Below, piece after piece: positions 29,205-38,993 of a DNA stretch of 56,288 bases. The notes below the pieces were generated by a model. It saw nothing but the letters and a program-made list of their open reading frames with translations, had not been told where the DNA came from and ran no database searches. Positions within the stretch are counted from its first letter, which is position 1. Each line of letters starts with the position of its first letter. The stretch is from a bacterium (GTDB lineage: Bacteria > SZUA-182 > DTGQ01): positions 1-56,288 of the forward strand of contig JBFMGO010000028.1 of the NCBI GenBank assembly GCA_040752695.1, in the 5' to 3' direction. Both the position numbers and the translations under genes were made by a program.

Positions 29205-29834
29205 ATGTCTCATAAGAATTCCAGCAAAGCATTTCTGGCAGTTTTTTCTTTTTTGATTCTCTTCGGTTTTGCTCTTTCCCAGGCAGCTTATGCGCAGGAT
29301 AACTGGGTAGCCATGCCTCCATACAACACCTTGTGGCCACTCTGGTCTCCCGTTCTCTCGCCCGTCGATGCAACCACCGGCCTGCCCACTCCCATCGTTA
29401 CCAGCCTGGTGCCGACAACGGTACTTTCGGTAGAGCCGGCGTTAACCTGGGATCCAGGCATTGAATATCCCTGGCTTCTTTACAATACTACCTACGGCAT
29501 GGCCTATTTTGATCCCCTCTATGGAGTAAATTTCTGGCCTCCAAGCAGTCTGCTCGATTCAGCAGGTGCGGCTCTTCCTCTGACTCTGCCGACCGACTAT
29601 AACCTGTTGCCCCCGACGAGTACCGCATGGTTACAGCAGAATGTGCTCCTGGCCAATAGCTACTTTGTCCAGTCTTATCCTTCTCTGCTCTTCTCTGTTG
29701 CTCCGCTTCCACCACCTGTGGCCTTAGCGGTTGCAGCAGGAGTTACCGTACCGACTTCTTACGTGACAGCATTGTTCCCTCCTCCGTCTGTCTCACAGTA
29801 CCTGACACCAGCCGCACTGTTAGGACTGTTATAG
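29205..29834 (+). CDS. Secreted Pro/Trp/Tyr/Leu-rich hypothetical protein
   Basis: AGGAG RBS; signal peptide ending AYA|Q; mature part has no Lys/Arg. Confidence 0.8.
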   Translation: MSHKNSSKAFLAVFSFLILFGFALSQAAYAQDNWVAMPPYNTLWPLWSPVLSPVDATTGLPTPIVTSLVPTTVLSVEPALTWDPGIEYPWLLYNTTYGMAYFDPLYGVNFWPPSSLLDSAGAALPLTLPTDYNLLPPTSTAWLQQNVLLANSYFVQSYPSLLFSVAPLPPPVALAVAAGVTVPTSYVTALFPPPSVSQYLTPAALLGLL

Positions 29835-29965
29835 TAAAGGCTTAGTGGGAGACTCGCTGTGCCGACTTTCCAGGCTGTTTTCCGCAGGCTTAAAAAGCGG
29901 CGGAAAGAGATGATGGCTAAAAAAAGTCGGTCTCTGTAGCAGAGTACGAATGGTAAAATCTTTTC

Positions 29966-30006
29966 GGCTCCCGATGGAAACTTGTAAAACCATCGGGGGC
30001 CTTTTG
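29966..30006 (+). terminator. Rho-independent terminator
   Basis: GGCTCCCGATGG-loop-CCATCGGGGGCC-TTTTT. Confidence 0.75.
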
Positions 30007-30203
30007 TTGAGAGCTCCAAATCTCCCTTGAGAAAACCGGAGTAAATTGATTTTGTATCGAGGAATAAACTAATCTTGTATCGAGGAGGGAACGATCGTGC
30101 TCTTTAGTGTCTCTCCGAGACACAATCGTAATGGTGTTTTATTATTTTACGATTTTTTAGGTACATCGTTCCAACATGAATTCTCACCCCGCCTTGTCTT
30201 CCC

Positions 30204-30234
30204 TTGACTACTTATCAAAATCTTGTTATATATT
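30204..30234 (+). promoter_or_regulatory. sigma70-type promoter
   Basis: TTGACT-17 nt-TATATA with upstream TG. Confidence 0.5.
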
Positions 30235-30385
30235 AGTTAAAGTTGCTCTTTATCGAAAGGAAATAGAAAGCAGGGCATTGAATTAGGGACCAGAGGGCAC
30301 TAATTAGGGACCAGGATATTGCATCATTAATGACCAGGACATTGCATTAAGGACATTGAAGATTGAAGAAGGAGATAGATCTCGT

Positions 30386-32674
30386 ATGAAAAAGATTTTC
30401 TCTATGAAAAAGTTTATCTTGAGCTTCTGGCTCTTGGTTTTGCTTTTCCCCAGCCATGCCTTGAGCGCGAAAGATGCAAAGGACAAGAACTCTTCTCTGA
30501 ATATCGTCGTTATTACGGTGGATACCCTCCGGGCAGACCGGGTCGGCTGCTACGGATATCGCCGGATCAAGACCCCTCAGATGGATGCCCTGGCCAGTGA
30601 AGGTGTTTTATTTGAGTATGCCTTTACTCCGACGCCGCTCACCCTGCCTGCGCATGCTTCGATCTTTACCGGAACCTATCCGCTCACTCACGGTCTCAGG
30701 AGCAATGGAACCTTTGCCCTGACTGAATCTGCGCTCACCCTGGCCGAAATTCTCAAAAAGGAAGGGTACGCGACAGCAGCCTTCATCTCCGCCTATATCC
30801 TGGACTCCCGGTTTGGTTTGGACCAGGGTTTTGACACCTATAACGATGACCTGGTAACCGGCGTGCAGACCCCCTCTCTGCTCCAGAAGGAAAGACGGGC
30901 GGAAACCGTCACCAGGGCGGCTGTTCAGTGGCTGGATGCAAATAAGGGCGGCGCACCTTTTTTCCTGTGGGTGCATTATTATGATCCTCACACCGCCTAT
31001 GATCCACCGGCTCCATTCAAGGATGTGTATGCCCATAGCCCTTATGATGGAGAGATCGCCTATACCGATTCCTGGATCAAACAGTTGATGAGCAAGCTGA
31101 AAGAGACAAAGACATATGATCAGACCCTGATTGTCCTGTGCGGCGATCATGGCGAAGGGCTAGGAGATCATCAGGAGGACACTCACGGCGTATTCCTCTA
31201 CGATGCCACGCTTCACGTGCCTTTAATTTTCCACTGTCCGGCCCTTTTGCCGAAGAATAAGAGAATCGGCTCTCTGTCGCGGTTAATCGATATTGCTCCC
31301 ACACTCCTGGATATCTCAGGGCAAAAAATTCCGGCCAGTATGCAGGGAGTCAGTTTATTACCCCTTATGAATGGCAAAAAAGAGGACTTGAATCTGGAGC
31401 TCTATTGCGAGACCGATTATCCCAGATTTACCTACGGATGGAGCCCCCTGGAAGGGATACGTACTGAGCAATGGAAATATATCAAGGCACCGAAAAGTGA
31501 ACTCTATGATCTTACCAAAGACCCGGCCGAAGGAAAGAATCTGATCCAGCAGGAAAAAGGCCAGGCTGAAAAGTACCAGAAGGAACTGGCGGATTTAAAA
31601 AAGCAGATTGCTTCCGCTTCGGCTTCAGGGACGTCACCCTCGGCCAAACCTGTGGCCCTGGATAAGGCTTCCAGGGAAAAGTTGAAGAGCCTGGGCTATA
31701 TCTTTGCAAGCGACTCTGAGAAGAATAAATCCGCCTATCCTGATCCAAAAGATAAGATTGCATTGGTAACCTATTTCAATGACGGGGCAAAATATCTGGG
31801 CAAACAAAAGTTCGAAGAGGCGATCAAGGAATTCCAGAAGGTTATCAAGAAAGATCCCGGGAATATCGACGCTTTTACCTGCCTGGGTGCAGTTTATCAG
31901 GCCATGGGGCAGACCGGCAAGGCTATCGAGGCCTACCGCCAGGCAGTCTCCCTGGGGCCGGACCACCTGGATAACCTGGTCCAACTGGGCACCCTGTATA
32001 TGAGCAACGGCCAGGACGAGGAGGGAAAATCAGCCTTTGAAAGAGCCCTGGCCTTAAACCCGAAGAGCCGGGAGGTCTATCTCAACCTTGGAATGTATTA
32101 TATCGGCAAGGAAAACTGGGCCGAGGCCAAAACTCAGTTGGAAAAAGCCCTCGAAATGGATCCTCAGTATGTCCTGGCCCAAAATCACCTGGTTTCCGTT
32201 TACTACAACTTGAAAGAGACGGATAAAGCCTTAGATCTTTGCCGTAGCATACTCAAAGTCAACCCGAAAGACCCTTCCGCCCTCTATAATCTTGGCTGTA
32301 TTCTCATGGATCAGCGAAAAAATTCCGAAGCCCTGGATGCGTTCCGGAAACTGAGCGAAGTGCGGCCCGACTACAGCAGAGCCTACCAGCATATGGGCAT
32401 GATTTATGTCTATCAGAGCGACTTCGATCAGGCTATCACCTTCTTTCAGAAGGCAGCAGCCAAGGATCCCAAATGGGCAGATCCCCATTTGAACATGGGT
32501 ATTGTCTATGCACAGAGTAAAGGGGATTTTACCAAAGCCCTGGAGGAATTTAAAAAGGTAATGGAGATCGACCCCCAAAACGCCCTGGGGCGTCAGCTCC
32601 TGGAAAAAACCCAGATGACCATTGACATGCAAAAAGCTGCCACTCCGCCGCCAGGATCGGGGAAGGGAAAATAA
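30386..32674 (+). CDS. Secreted sulfatase-like (alkaline phosphatase superfamily) hydrolase with C-terminal TPRs
   Basis: ITVDTLRAD, TLPAHASIFTG, WVHYYDPH, GDHGE; multiple TPRs. Confidence 0.9.
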   Translation: MKKIFSMKKFILSFWLLVLLFPSHALSAKDAKDKNSSLNIVVITVDTLRADRVGCYGYRRIKTPQMDALASEGVLFEYAFTPTPLTLPAHASIFTGTYPLTHGLRSNGTFALTESALTLAEILKKEGYATAAFISAYILDSRFGLDQGFDTYNDDLVTGVQTPSLLQKERRAETVTRAAVQWLDANKGGAPFFLWVHYYDPHTAYDPPAPFKDVYAHSPYDGEIAYTDSWIKQLMSKLKETKTYDQTLIVLCGDHGEGLGDHQEDTHGVFLYDATLHVPLIFHCPALLPKNKRIGSLSRLIDIAPTLLDISGQKIPASMQGVSLLPLMNGKKEDLNLELYCETDYPRFTYGWSPLEGIRTEQWKYIKAPKSELYDLTKDPAEGKNLIQQEKGQAEKYQKELADLKKQIASASASGTSPSAKPVALDKASREKLKSLGYIFASDSEKNKSAYPDPKDKIALVTYFNDGAKYLGKQKFEEAIKEFQKVIKKDPGNIDAFTCLGAVYQAMGQTGKAIEAYRQAVSLGPDHLDNLVQLGTLYMSNGQDEEGKSAFERALALNPKSREVYLNLGMYYIGKENWAEAKTQLEKALEMDPQYVLAQNHLVSVYYNLKETDKALDLCRSILKVNPKDPSALYNLGCILMDQRKNSEALDAFRKLSEVRPDYSRAYQHMGMIYVYQSDFDQAITFFQKAAAKDPKWADPHLNMGIVYAQSKGDFTKALEEFKKVMEIDPQNALGRQLLEKTQMTIDMQKAATPPPGSGKGK

Positions 32675-32747
32675 GGATGGAATAGGGAAGCAGAGCAAGC
32701 TCCCGTTTTGAAAGCCTCGCTTGAAGTACGGGACTGTAGTAAGGGAA

Positions 32748-32795
32748 AACGAAGAGAGAGGAAGGAGTGTTTTCACTCCTTCCTCTCTCTTCGTT
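32748..32795. terminator. Perfect 22-bp inverted repeat between convergent genes (terminator-like)
   Basis: AACGAAGAGAGAGGAAGGAGTG-TTTT-CACTCCTTCCTCTCTCTTCGTT. Confidence 0.7.
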
Positions 32796-32860
32796 AAGAG
32801 CTGCCAATGCCATCGCTGTCGTTGCCATTCCTCAAAGGTGGTTAACGCAGCGATGGACAA

Positions 32861-35269
32861 CTAGTTACTGGTAAGCGGGTAACCATACTGGGAGTTGCTC
32901 GATGGTGGAGGGGTGTAGCCTGATGGAACCAGCAGGGGTGCCTGTGATGAGGAAGAAGGTGGAGCAATAACCTCAGCAGGCAGAGAGGACCCATAGGGCA
33001 AATAGGCAGCGGGGTACTGGGGATAGGCAACGCCGCCAGGTATGGATAAACCGGCTGGTGAAGAATATGAGCCGGTTGGTGAAGAAGAGGAAGGATAAGG
33101 AGAATATGCACCAGAGACGTTGCCTCCATACACAGGAGAGGTGGCCTGAGCACCGGCAAGACCAGTGCCGCCAAGACCGTAAAGCCCGCCTCCAGCCGGC
33201 GTGACCTGATAAGGATTAACCAGACCAGCACTGCCGTAACCGATGTATTGCCCCGCCGGGTAAGGTACCGGGGGAGGGTAGCCCATGCCTGTGCTGATAG
33301 GGCCGTAGGGACTCTGGTAAACCAGCGAGTCTGCTCCCTGGCCCCAATCCGCTAACTCTTCCTCCAGCATTTGCTCGAGATCTACAGTCCGTACCAGGAA
33401 GATATTTTTGGGATCAGATATATCAAAAACTGCCAGGTTCATGCCGGCATGGAGGCACAACTTGTTATCTCCACTGAGGTAGAGACCGAGTCCCAATCCG
33501 GTGACACTTTCGCTGGTATCTACGATTTCGGGAGTATTGGGATCTTTTATGTCAAAAACATCGATCTTTGTCTTTGACGGCATCCTGGTAGTCGCCAGCA
33601 CATAAGCGTAATGGTCCTTAACAACCATATCCTTCTCATTACCCAAAATTTGGTCGCCGTCCAGTTTTCCGGAAGAAGATACTATTTTGGGATTTATGGG
33701 ATCACTGATGTCGATAATTTTAAGTTTATAGGCAGCAGTGGCAAATGGCCCGAATTCCTCGGAAGCCTCGACCGTTGCCAAAAGGTAATCTCCATCAGGT
33801 TTCATGGCAGCCGTTATACTGAGTTCCGGCTCATGTGCGGGAGCAGTACCCAACTCATTGAAGATATGAACCAGGGAGAGGTTTTTTGGATCCGAGGTAT
33901 TTAAAATGTGAATGGTTAAACCATAATCCTCCTCGGTGCATTTTTTACCAGGCAGATAAAGATAGCCCGGTGCAGAAGCAATGCTATAAACTTTATAATC
34001 GCTCTCAAACTCGTAGGAATCCAGCAGGCTGGCACTTTCATCCATGTTTTCAGGATCGGAAATATCCAGGGCAAATACTGTATACGTAGTACCTGCACTG
34101 TCAAGATCAGTGCCATCCAGATCCTCGATACCTACAAAAAGCACCTGGCCCTCGATGGCCAGCCCCAATATATGATCCGCACCGTTATCGTCATCACCGG
34201 CCAGCTTTAAGGTATTGATCCGCACCGGCTTCTCTTTATCGGAGACATCTACCAGGTAGACTACGCCAAGATCGTTGCCACCGATCACGGCCAGGTCATC
34301 TTGAACTATGATTTTGCCGGGCAGGGGTGGGACTCCAAGCCTGTTATCATATCCCCCCCCTCCCTCGGCGAGGACGACATGGGAAAGATATTTGTACTCA
34401 CCCGAATCGGAAGTCTCAAAGATGGCCAATCCCCCTCTATTTTGACCTCCGTTTTCCGAAAAGGTTACATAGGTATAATCTCCATCCATAGCTGAATACA
34501 TCAAGCCGAACTTAGCCGTAGCCGCTCTTATTGATGCCGCAGTAGGCGGAAGGTAGGTTATCCATTCATTTCCATACATATCAGTGCCAGCCATCATTCC
34601 CGATGCATACGGAAACCAGGGCGGCAGGGCGGCAGCAGAACCGGAAGGATACCCGCCATAACTGGCAGGATAGCGGTCATACTCCCCAGAAGAGGAACCG
34701 CTATAAGGATAAGCAGTATAGCTGCCATATACGCCACCATATAAACCCGTAGGGGAACCGCCATAAGGATAAGCAGTATAGCCGCCATATACGCCACCTA
34801 CGGAAGGATAGCCGCCATATAAGCTGCTGCCATATACGCCGCCGTATAAACCCGTAGGGGAACCGCCATAAGGATAAGCAGCATAGCTGCCATATACGCC
34901 ATTTACTGAAGGATAGCCGCCATATAGTCCACCAGCCGGGAAACTCCCATAGATACTGCCATATACGCCGCCGTATAAGCCCGTAGGGGACCCACTGTAA
35001 AGATACCCAGGATAGGTGCCATAACCTGCCGGGGAACTTTCAGAAGGCTTGGATTCATTTACATTTATGTTAATATTGATAGGCGGCGTGGAGTCTGGTG
35101 GTATATTTATATTGATGTTAATAGCCGCAGATGAAGCCTGCTGTGAATGGGTTGAATACGGTTGACCTTCGAGTGGTGAGCCATAATATCCGCTCGCCAG
35201 AGTGACAAAGAATAGGAAGGAGAGACTAATAAGGCAAGTTACGATAACGGTTTTAAAAAAATGCTTCAT
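32861..35269 (-). CDS. Secreted protein with Tyr/Gly-rich repeats flanking an acidic LVIVD-repeat (beta-propeller-like) core
   Basis: Signal peptide; YGGSPTGLYGGVYGS repeats; LVDVSD..KP, ALDISDP, IIDISDPINP and VFDISDP motifs. Confidence 0.85.
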   Translation of the reverse strand: MKHFFKTVIVTCLISLSFLFFVTLASGYYGSPLEGQPYSTHSQQASSAAINININIPPDSTPPINININVNESKPSESSPAGYGTYPGYLYSGSPTGLYGGVYGSIYGSFPAGGLYGGYPSVNGVYGSYAAYPYGGSPTGLYGGVYGSSLYGGYPSVGGVYGGYTAYPYGGSPTGLYGGVYGSYTAYPYSGSSSGEYDRYPASYGGYPSGSAAALPPWFPYASGMMAGTDMYGNEWITYLPPTAASIRAATAKFGLMYSAMDGDYTYVTFSENGGQNRGGLAIFETSDSGEYKYLSHVVLAEGGGGYDNRLGVPPLPGKIIVQDDLAVIGGNDLGVVYLVDVSDKEKPVRINTLKLAGDDDNGADHILGLAIEGQVLFVGIEDLDGTDLDSAGTTYTVFALDISDPENMDESASLLDSYEFESDYKVYSIASAPGYLYLPGKKCTEEDYGLTIHILNTSDPKNLSLVHIFNELGTAPAHEPELSITAAMKPDGDYLLATVEASEEFGPFATAAYKLKIIDISDPINPKIVSSSGKLDGDQILGNEKDMVVKDHYAYVLATTRMPSKTKIDVFDIKDPNTPEIVDTSESVTGLGLGLYLSGDNKLCLHAGMNLAVFDISDPKNIFLVRTVDLEQMLEEELADWGQGADSLVYQSPYGPISTGMGYPPPVPYPAGQYIGYGSAGLVNPYQVTPAGGGLYGLGGTGLAGAQATSPVYGGNVSGAYSPYPSSSSPTGSYSSPAGLSIPGGVAYPQYPAAYLPYGSSLPAEVIAPPSSSSQAPLLVPSGYTPPPSSNSQYGYPLTSN

Positions 35270-35581
35270 TCTTAACCTCGCTTGTCCTTAAGGCCCAGGT
35301 GAGCCAATGGGACGTTGTTTAAGAAATCTTGTTAGTTGCCAACCTCTAGGCTAATCTTGTCATGTAATGCACCTGCCTTCCATTCACCCCGCTGGATTGG
35401 GTCGGGGAGGGGATTCGGTGACAGGGAAAAGGAGAAGATTGTTCCTTTTTCTGTGGGTCACCTGCTTACGACAAAGAGAACCGATGGATTCACTACCTGC
35501 CATTTGCTCGTATAGATATTTCCCTCATTTTTGCTTAATGTATTTTCGCTCATATATAGGAGCCATCACATCCATTTTCTT

Positions 35582-35683
35582 GTCATTCTGAGCGAAGGCT
35601 TAGGATCCTGTAGTACCAGGGCTTTTTGGATTCTAAGCTCCCCGCTTAATGCCTGCGCGGGGACAGGCTCCGCTTAGAATGAC
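35582..35683. repeat. REP/MITE-like element with terminal inverted repeats
   Basis: GTCATTCTGAGCG ... CGCTTAGAATGAC. Confidence 0.55.
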
Positions 35684-35825
35684 GGGATTTGAAGCCTTCT
35701 ATAGCTGGTTTGCTATGTTATAAATATGAGCGTGTATCTTTATAAAGTTTAAGACGATGGCAGAGTTTTGTCAATAACGAATTTTTAATAAATTAGAAAA
35801 TATTATATGCTATATTTATATTTCA

Positions 35826-35963
35826 CTCTGTGCAAGGTGCGGTGGTCTTTCCTAATAATGTACAGAAGCAGCAGGCAGTCCGCTCAGGGGGGGGCTGCCA
35901 TGAACCAGGGATGTAAAGGCATGGTATGAACAGCAGGTCCGGAGGACACCGAATGCAGCAGGG
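35826..35963 (+). ncRNA. Candidate structured non-coding RNA (unassigned)
   Basis: 5' and 3' ends pair; internal GGCAGTCC/GGGCTGCC hairpin; TG-n-TATATT just upstream. Confidence 0.3.
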
Positions 35964-36189
35964 CAATTATTACTTGGAAATGTATTCCATAGTATGCCTG
36001 AAAAGAGGGTTGACAAGCCGAGAGGTACCGGATATGATAATTGCATTTTTGTATCTGCTAAAACACAAACTTAGTACACTGCGCGAAAATTATGCGGCCA
36101 GTAATTGAATGAAGGAAAAAATAGATTCTTTTATTTCTTGATTCCACCCTTACGCTTTATAAACCCTCATATCGAGTAAGAATAAGCTA

Positions 36190-37563
36190 ATGAAAAAAAC
36201 AAGACCTCAGATTACCGGTTCCGAGATTGGCGAGTGGCTTTACGATTTTTTACTGCTCGGATTTTGCGTTGGCCAGTTGCCCAGGTTTTTATTTGAATAT
36301 TTTACCACGGCCAAGTACAAGGATGACTTATGGCAGCGGTTCGGGGTCTATTCTCCGGCGGTGCAAAAGCAATTTCGGCAGGGGAAACCGGCCTGGATTC
36401 ACGCGGTTTCTGTGGGCGAGGTGGTTGCAGCCACGCCGCTGATCAAGGAATTAAAAGCCCGGCATTCTGATCTTCCCCTGACCATTTCCACGGTGACCAG
36501 AACGGGCAGGGAGATGGTCGTAAAATCCCTGGGCAGGAAGACGCAGAGTATTTTTCTTCCCTTTGATTTTCGCTGGATTACGGAAAGGGCCATGAAGCTG
36601 ATTCATCCCCGCTTTCTCCTCCTGACAGAGACGGAAATCTGGCCCAATGTAATCCAATCAGCATCCAGGCGCGCGATTCCGGTTATGATAATCAATGGCC
36701 GCATCTCTTCCCGTTCCTATCGGCGCTATCGCCTGGTGCGGAGTTTGCTGCGTCCGGTCCTGGGCAGAATCAGGGTTTTTGGCATGCAATCAAGCCGTGA
36801 CGCCTCACGGATCATTCAGCTCGGTGCAGATCCGAAGCGGGTTTTCGTCACTGGAAACCTCAAATTCGATCAGCTCAATACGAGAATTTCAGGTGCCGAG
36901 CAAAATGACCTGGCGCAAGGGTTGCGCCTGCTCCCGCAAGCGCCGGTCTTCATGGCCGGAAGCACACACCGGCGGGAGGAAGAACTGATCATCGAAGTGT
37001 ACAAACATGTGCTGACCCATTTTCCGGATCTGGTGCTTTTGATCGCTCCCCGCTACTTGCCTGAAATTCCCGCCATTGAGGCAAAGTGCAGCCAGGAGGG
37101 GCTTTATTCGGAGCGTAAAACACTCCTTTGCAGGGGAGAATCCCCGAAGCCAGCCGGTGGTGGCAGCGGCGGCCAACACGGTCTCAGCGGACGGGTGATT
37201 ATCCTGGATACCATCGGGGAATTATCCAAAATGTACAGCCTGGCAACGGTGGTTTTTGTCGGTGGAAGCCTGGTGCCGGTCGGAGGTCATAACATGCTTG
37301 AGCCGGCTATGTACGGGAAACCGATCCTGTTTGGCTCCCATGTGGATAATTTCCGGGAGATTTCCCAATTACTGAAAAATTGCGGCGCAGGATTTGAAGC
37401 CAAAAGCAAGGAGGAACTCAAAGGGTACCTCGAAGGCCTCTTGCAGGACCGTCCGAGGCGGGAGGCAGCAGGCAGGTCCGCTGTCCGGGTAGTGGAAGAA
37501 AACCGCGGCGCTACGCAAAAAACCATGGAATTAATTGAGCGTTATGTGATGCATGATGCATGA
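36190..37563 (+). CDS. waaA: 3-deoxy-D-manno-octulosonic acid (Kdo) transferase
   Basis: WIHAVSVGE, ETEIWPN, GNLKFD, AGSTH, DTIGEL, GGSLVPVGGHN.LEP. Confidence 0.96.
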   Translation: MKKTRPQITGSEIGEWLYDFLLLGFCVGQLPRFLFEYFTTAKYKDDLWQRFGVYSPAVQKQFRQGKPAWIHAVSVGEVVAATPLIKELKARHSDLPLTISTVTRTGREMVVKSLGRKTQSIFLPFDFRWITERAMKLIHPRFLLLTETEIWPNVIQSASRRAIPVMIINGRISSRSYRRYRLVRSLLRPVLGRIRVFGMQSSRDASRIIQLGADPKRVFVTGNLKFDQLNTRISGAEQNDLAQGLRLLPQAPVFMAGSTHRREEELIIEVYKHVLTHFPDLVLLIAPRYLPEIPAIEAKCSQEGLYSERKTLLCRGESPKPAGGGSGGQHGLSGRVIILDTIGELSKMYSLATVVFVGGSLVPVGGHNMLEPAMYGKPILFGSHVDNFREISQLLKNCGAGFEAKSKEELKGYLEGLLQDRPRREAAGRSAVRVVEENRGATQKTMELIERYVMHDA

Positions 37564-37596
37564 TGCATGAGGCGTGATGCCTGATGCCTGATGCCG
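37547..37596. repeat. 7-nt tandem repeat (TGATGCA/TGATGCC) spanning the waaA stop
   Basis: About 7 consecutive units. Confidence 0.8.
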
Positions 37597-37739
37597 GTGG
37601 CCGGGTACAGGATAGGTGATGCCATGCCGGGCGGGCAGGGTGCGATGAGGATGGGTAATGCTTACCCTTGTTGCTGATTTTCAGACCATTGCTCACGGAC
37701 CACCGCTCATTGAACGCTTGCCTTAAGGCAAAGGGAAAA

Positions 37740-38993
37740 ATGAAACCTTGGCTGCATATTCAGCGGCTGCGGATTCAGCAACTCCTTGAGATCACGGAGC
37801 ATAGCTGGCAGCAAAAATTGTATCTTGCACCTTTGTTTGGCCTTTCCAGGGCTTATCTTGCAGCCGGACGCTGGCGGGAGGAGGCTTACCGGATCGGGAT
37901 CCTGCCGGCAGCCAGATTGGACTGCCGTGTGATTTGCGTGGGTAATCTGACAGTCGGGGGAACCGGGAAAACCCCGACTGTGGAACTGGTCTGCCGCACC
38001 TTGCAGCAAAGAGGCGAGAGAGTGGGGATTATCAGCAGGGGATATGGGAGGCGTCCTCCCGCTGGTGCACAGGCACAGGACGTTCTGGTCGTCTCAGACG
38101 GCAGGAAGATTCTGGCCTCTTCGCAGGCAGCCGGTGATGAGCCGCTCATGCTGGCCGTGAGGTTGCCGGGAGTTCCGGTACTGGTTGGCAGAAACCGGTA
38201 TCAGGCGGGGGCGCAGGCCCTTAGGAAGTTCAATCTGCAAACACTCGTTCTGGATGACGGTTTTCAGCATCTGCAACTGGCCAGAGATCTCAACATCCTT
38301 GTTCTGGACGGGCGAAAGCCTTTCGGTAACGGCTACGGCCTGCCTGCGGGAAAGCTGCGGGAATCTCCCAGAGCTCTTGCCCGTGCGGACATGATCCTTT
38401 TGACCAGGATTTCCGGCCATGATCGACATGATCGACATGGTCAATATGATAGACCTGACCGACATGATCAACCCGATCGGCGTGATCACTATGCTCATCG
38501 TGATCAAGGTGATCAAAACGACCGGAAGGTAAGGGCGGAGAAAGAAATCAGAAAATACAACTTCAAAGCTCCCATAGTGGTCGGTCATCATCAGCCAAGA
38601 GATCTGGTTTCGCTGCAGGGCGATCAGATTCTGTCCCTGGATGCTTTGAAGGGAAAAGCAGTGGCGGCCTTATGCGCAATCGCAGATCCCGACTCCTTTG
38701 CGGCTACTCTGAAGGCGCTTGGGGCCAGGGTAGTGCAAACCCTGGCTTTCCCGGATCATCACTGGTATTCGATGGCTGATATCCGGCAGGTAGAAAGAAG
38801 AGTCTCGGACGAGAAAGTATGGGGGCTTTTGACTACGGAAAAAGATGCAGTCCGCCTGCCACCCGGTTCGCTTCGGTATCCGGTCTGGGTTCTGCGCATC
38901 GACATGACCCTTGTGGATGGAAAGGAAATATGGGAAAAAAAATTAAACCAGAGGCAAAATTCCGCGATCTTATCTCGTATTGGCTCGTCCTGA
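37740..38993 (+). CDS. lpxK: Tetraacyldisaccharide 4'-kinase with His/Asp/Arg repeat insertion
   Basis: VGNLTVGGTGKTP, SRGYG, GDEP, LDDGFQH, FPDHH, TTEKD. Confidence 0.95.
   Translation: MKPWLHIQRLRIQQLLEITEHSWQQKLYLAPLFGLSRAYLAAGRWREEAYRIGILPAARLDCRVICVGNLTVGGTGKTPTVELVCRTLQQRGERVGIISRGYGRRPPAGAQAQDVLVVSDGRKILASSQAAGDEPLMLAVRLPGVPVLVGRNRYQAGAQALRKFNLQTLVLDDGFQHLQLARDLNILVLDGRKPFGNGYGLPAGKLRESPRALARADMILLTRISGHDRHDRHGQYDRPDRHDQPDRRDHYAHRDQGDQNDRKVRAEKEIRKYNFKAPIVVGHHQPRDLVSLQGDQILSLDALKGKAVAALCAIADPDSFAATLKALGARVVQTLAFPDHHWYSMADIRQVERRVSDEKVWGLLTTEKDAVRLPPGSLRYPVWVLRIDMTLVDGKEIWEKKLNQRQNSAILSRIGSS

Noticed and set aside
35925..35955. SRP RNA assignment from CAGGTCCGGAGGA
   Set aside because: Lacks the GNRA tetraloop and the following AGCAG of SRP helix 8
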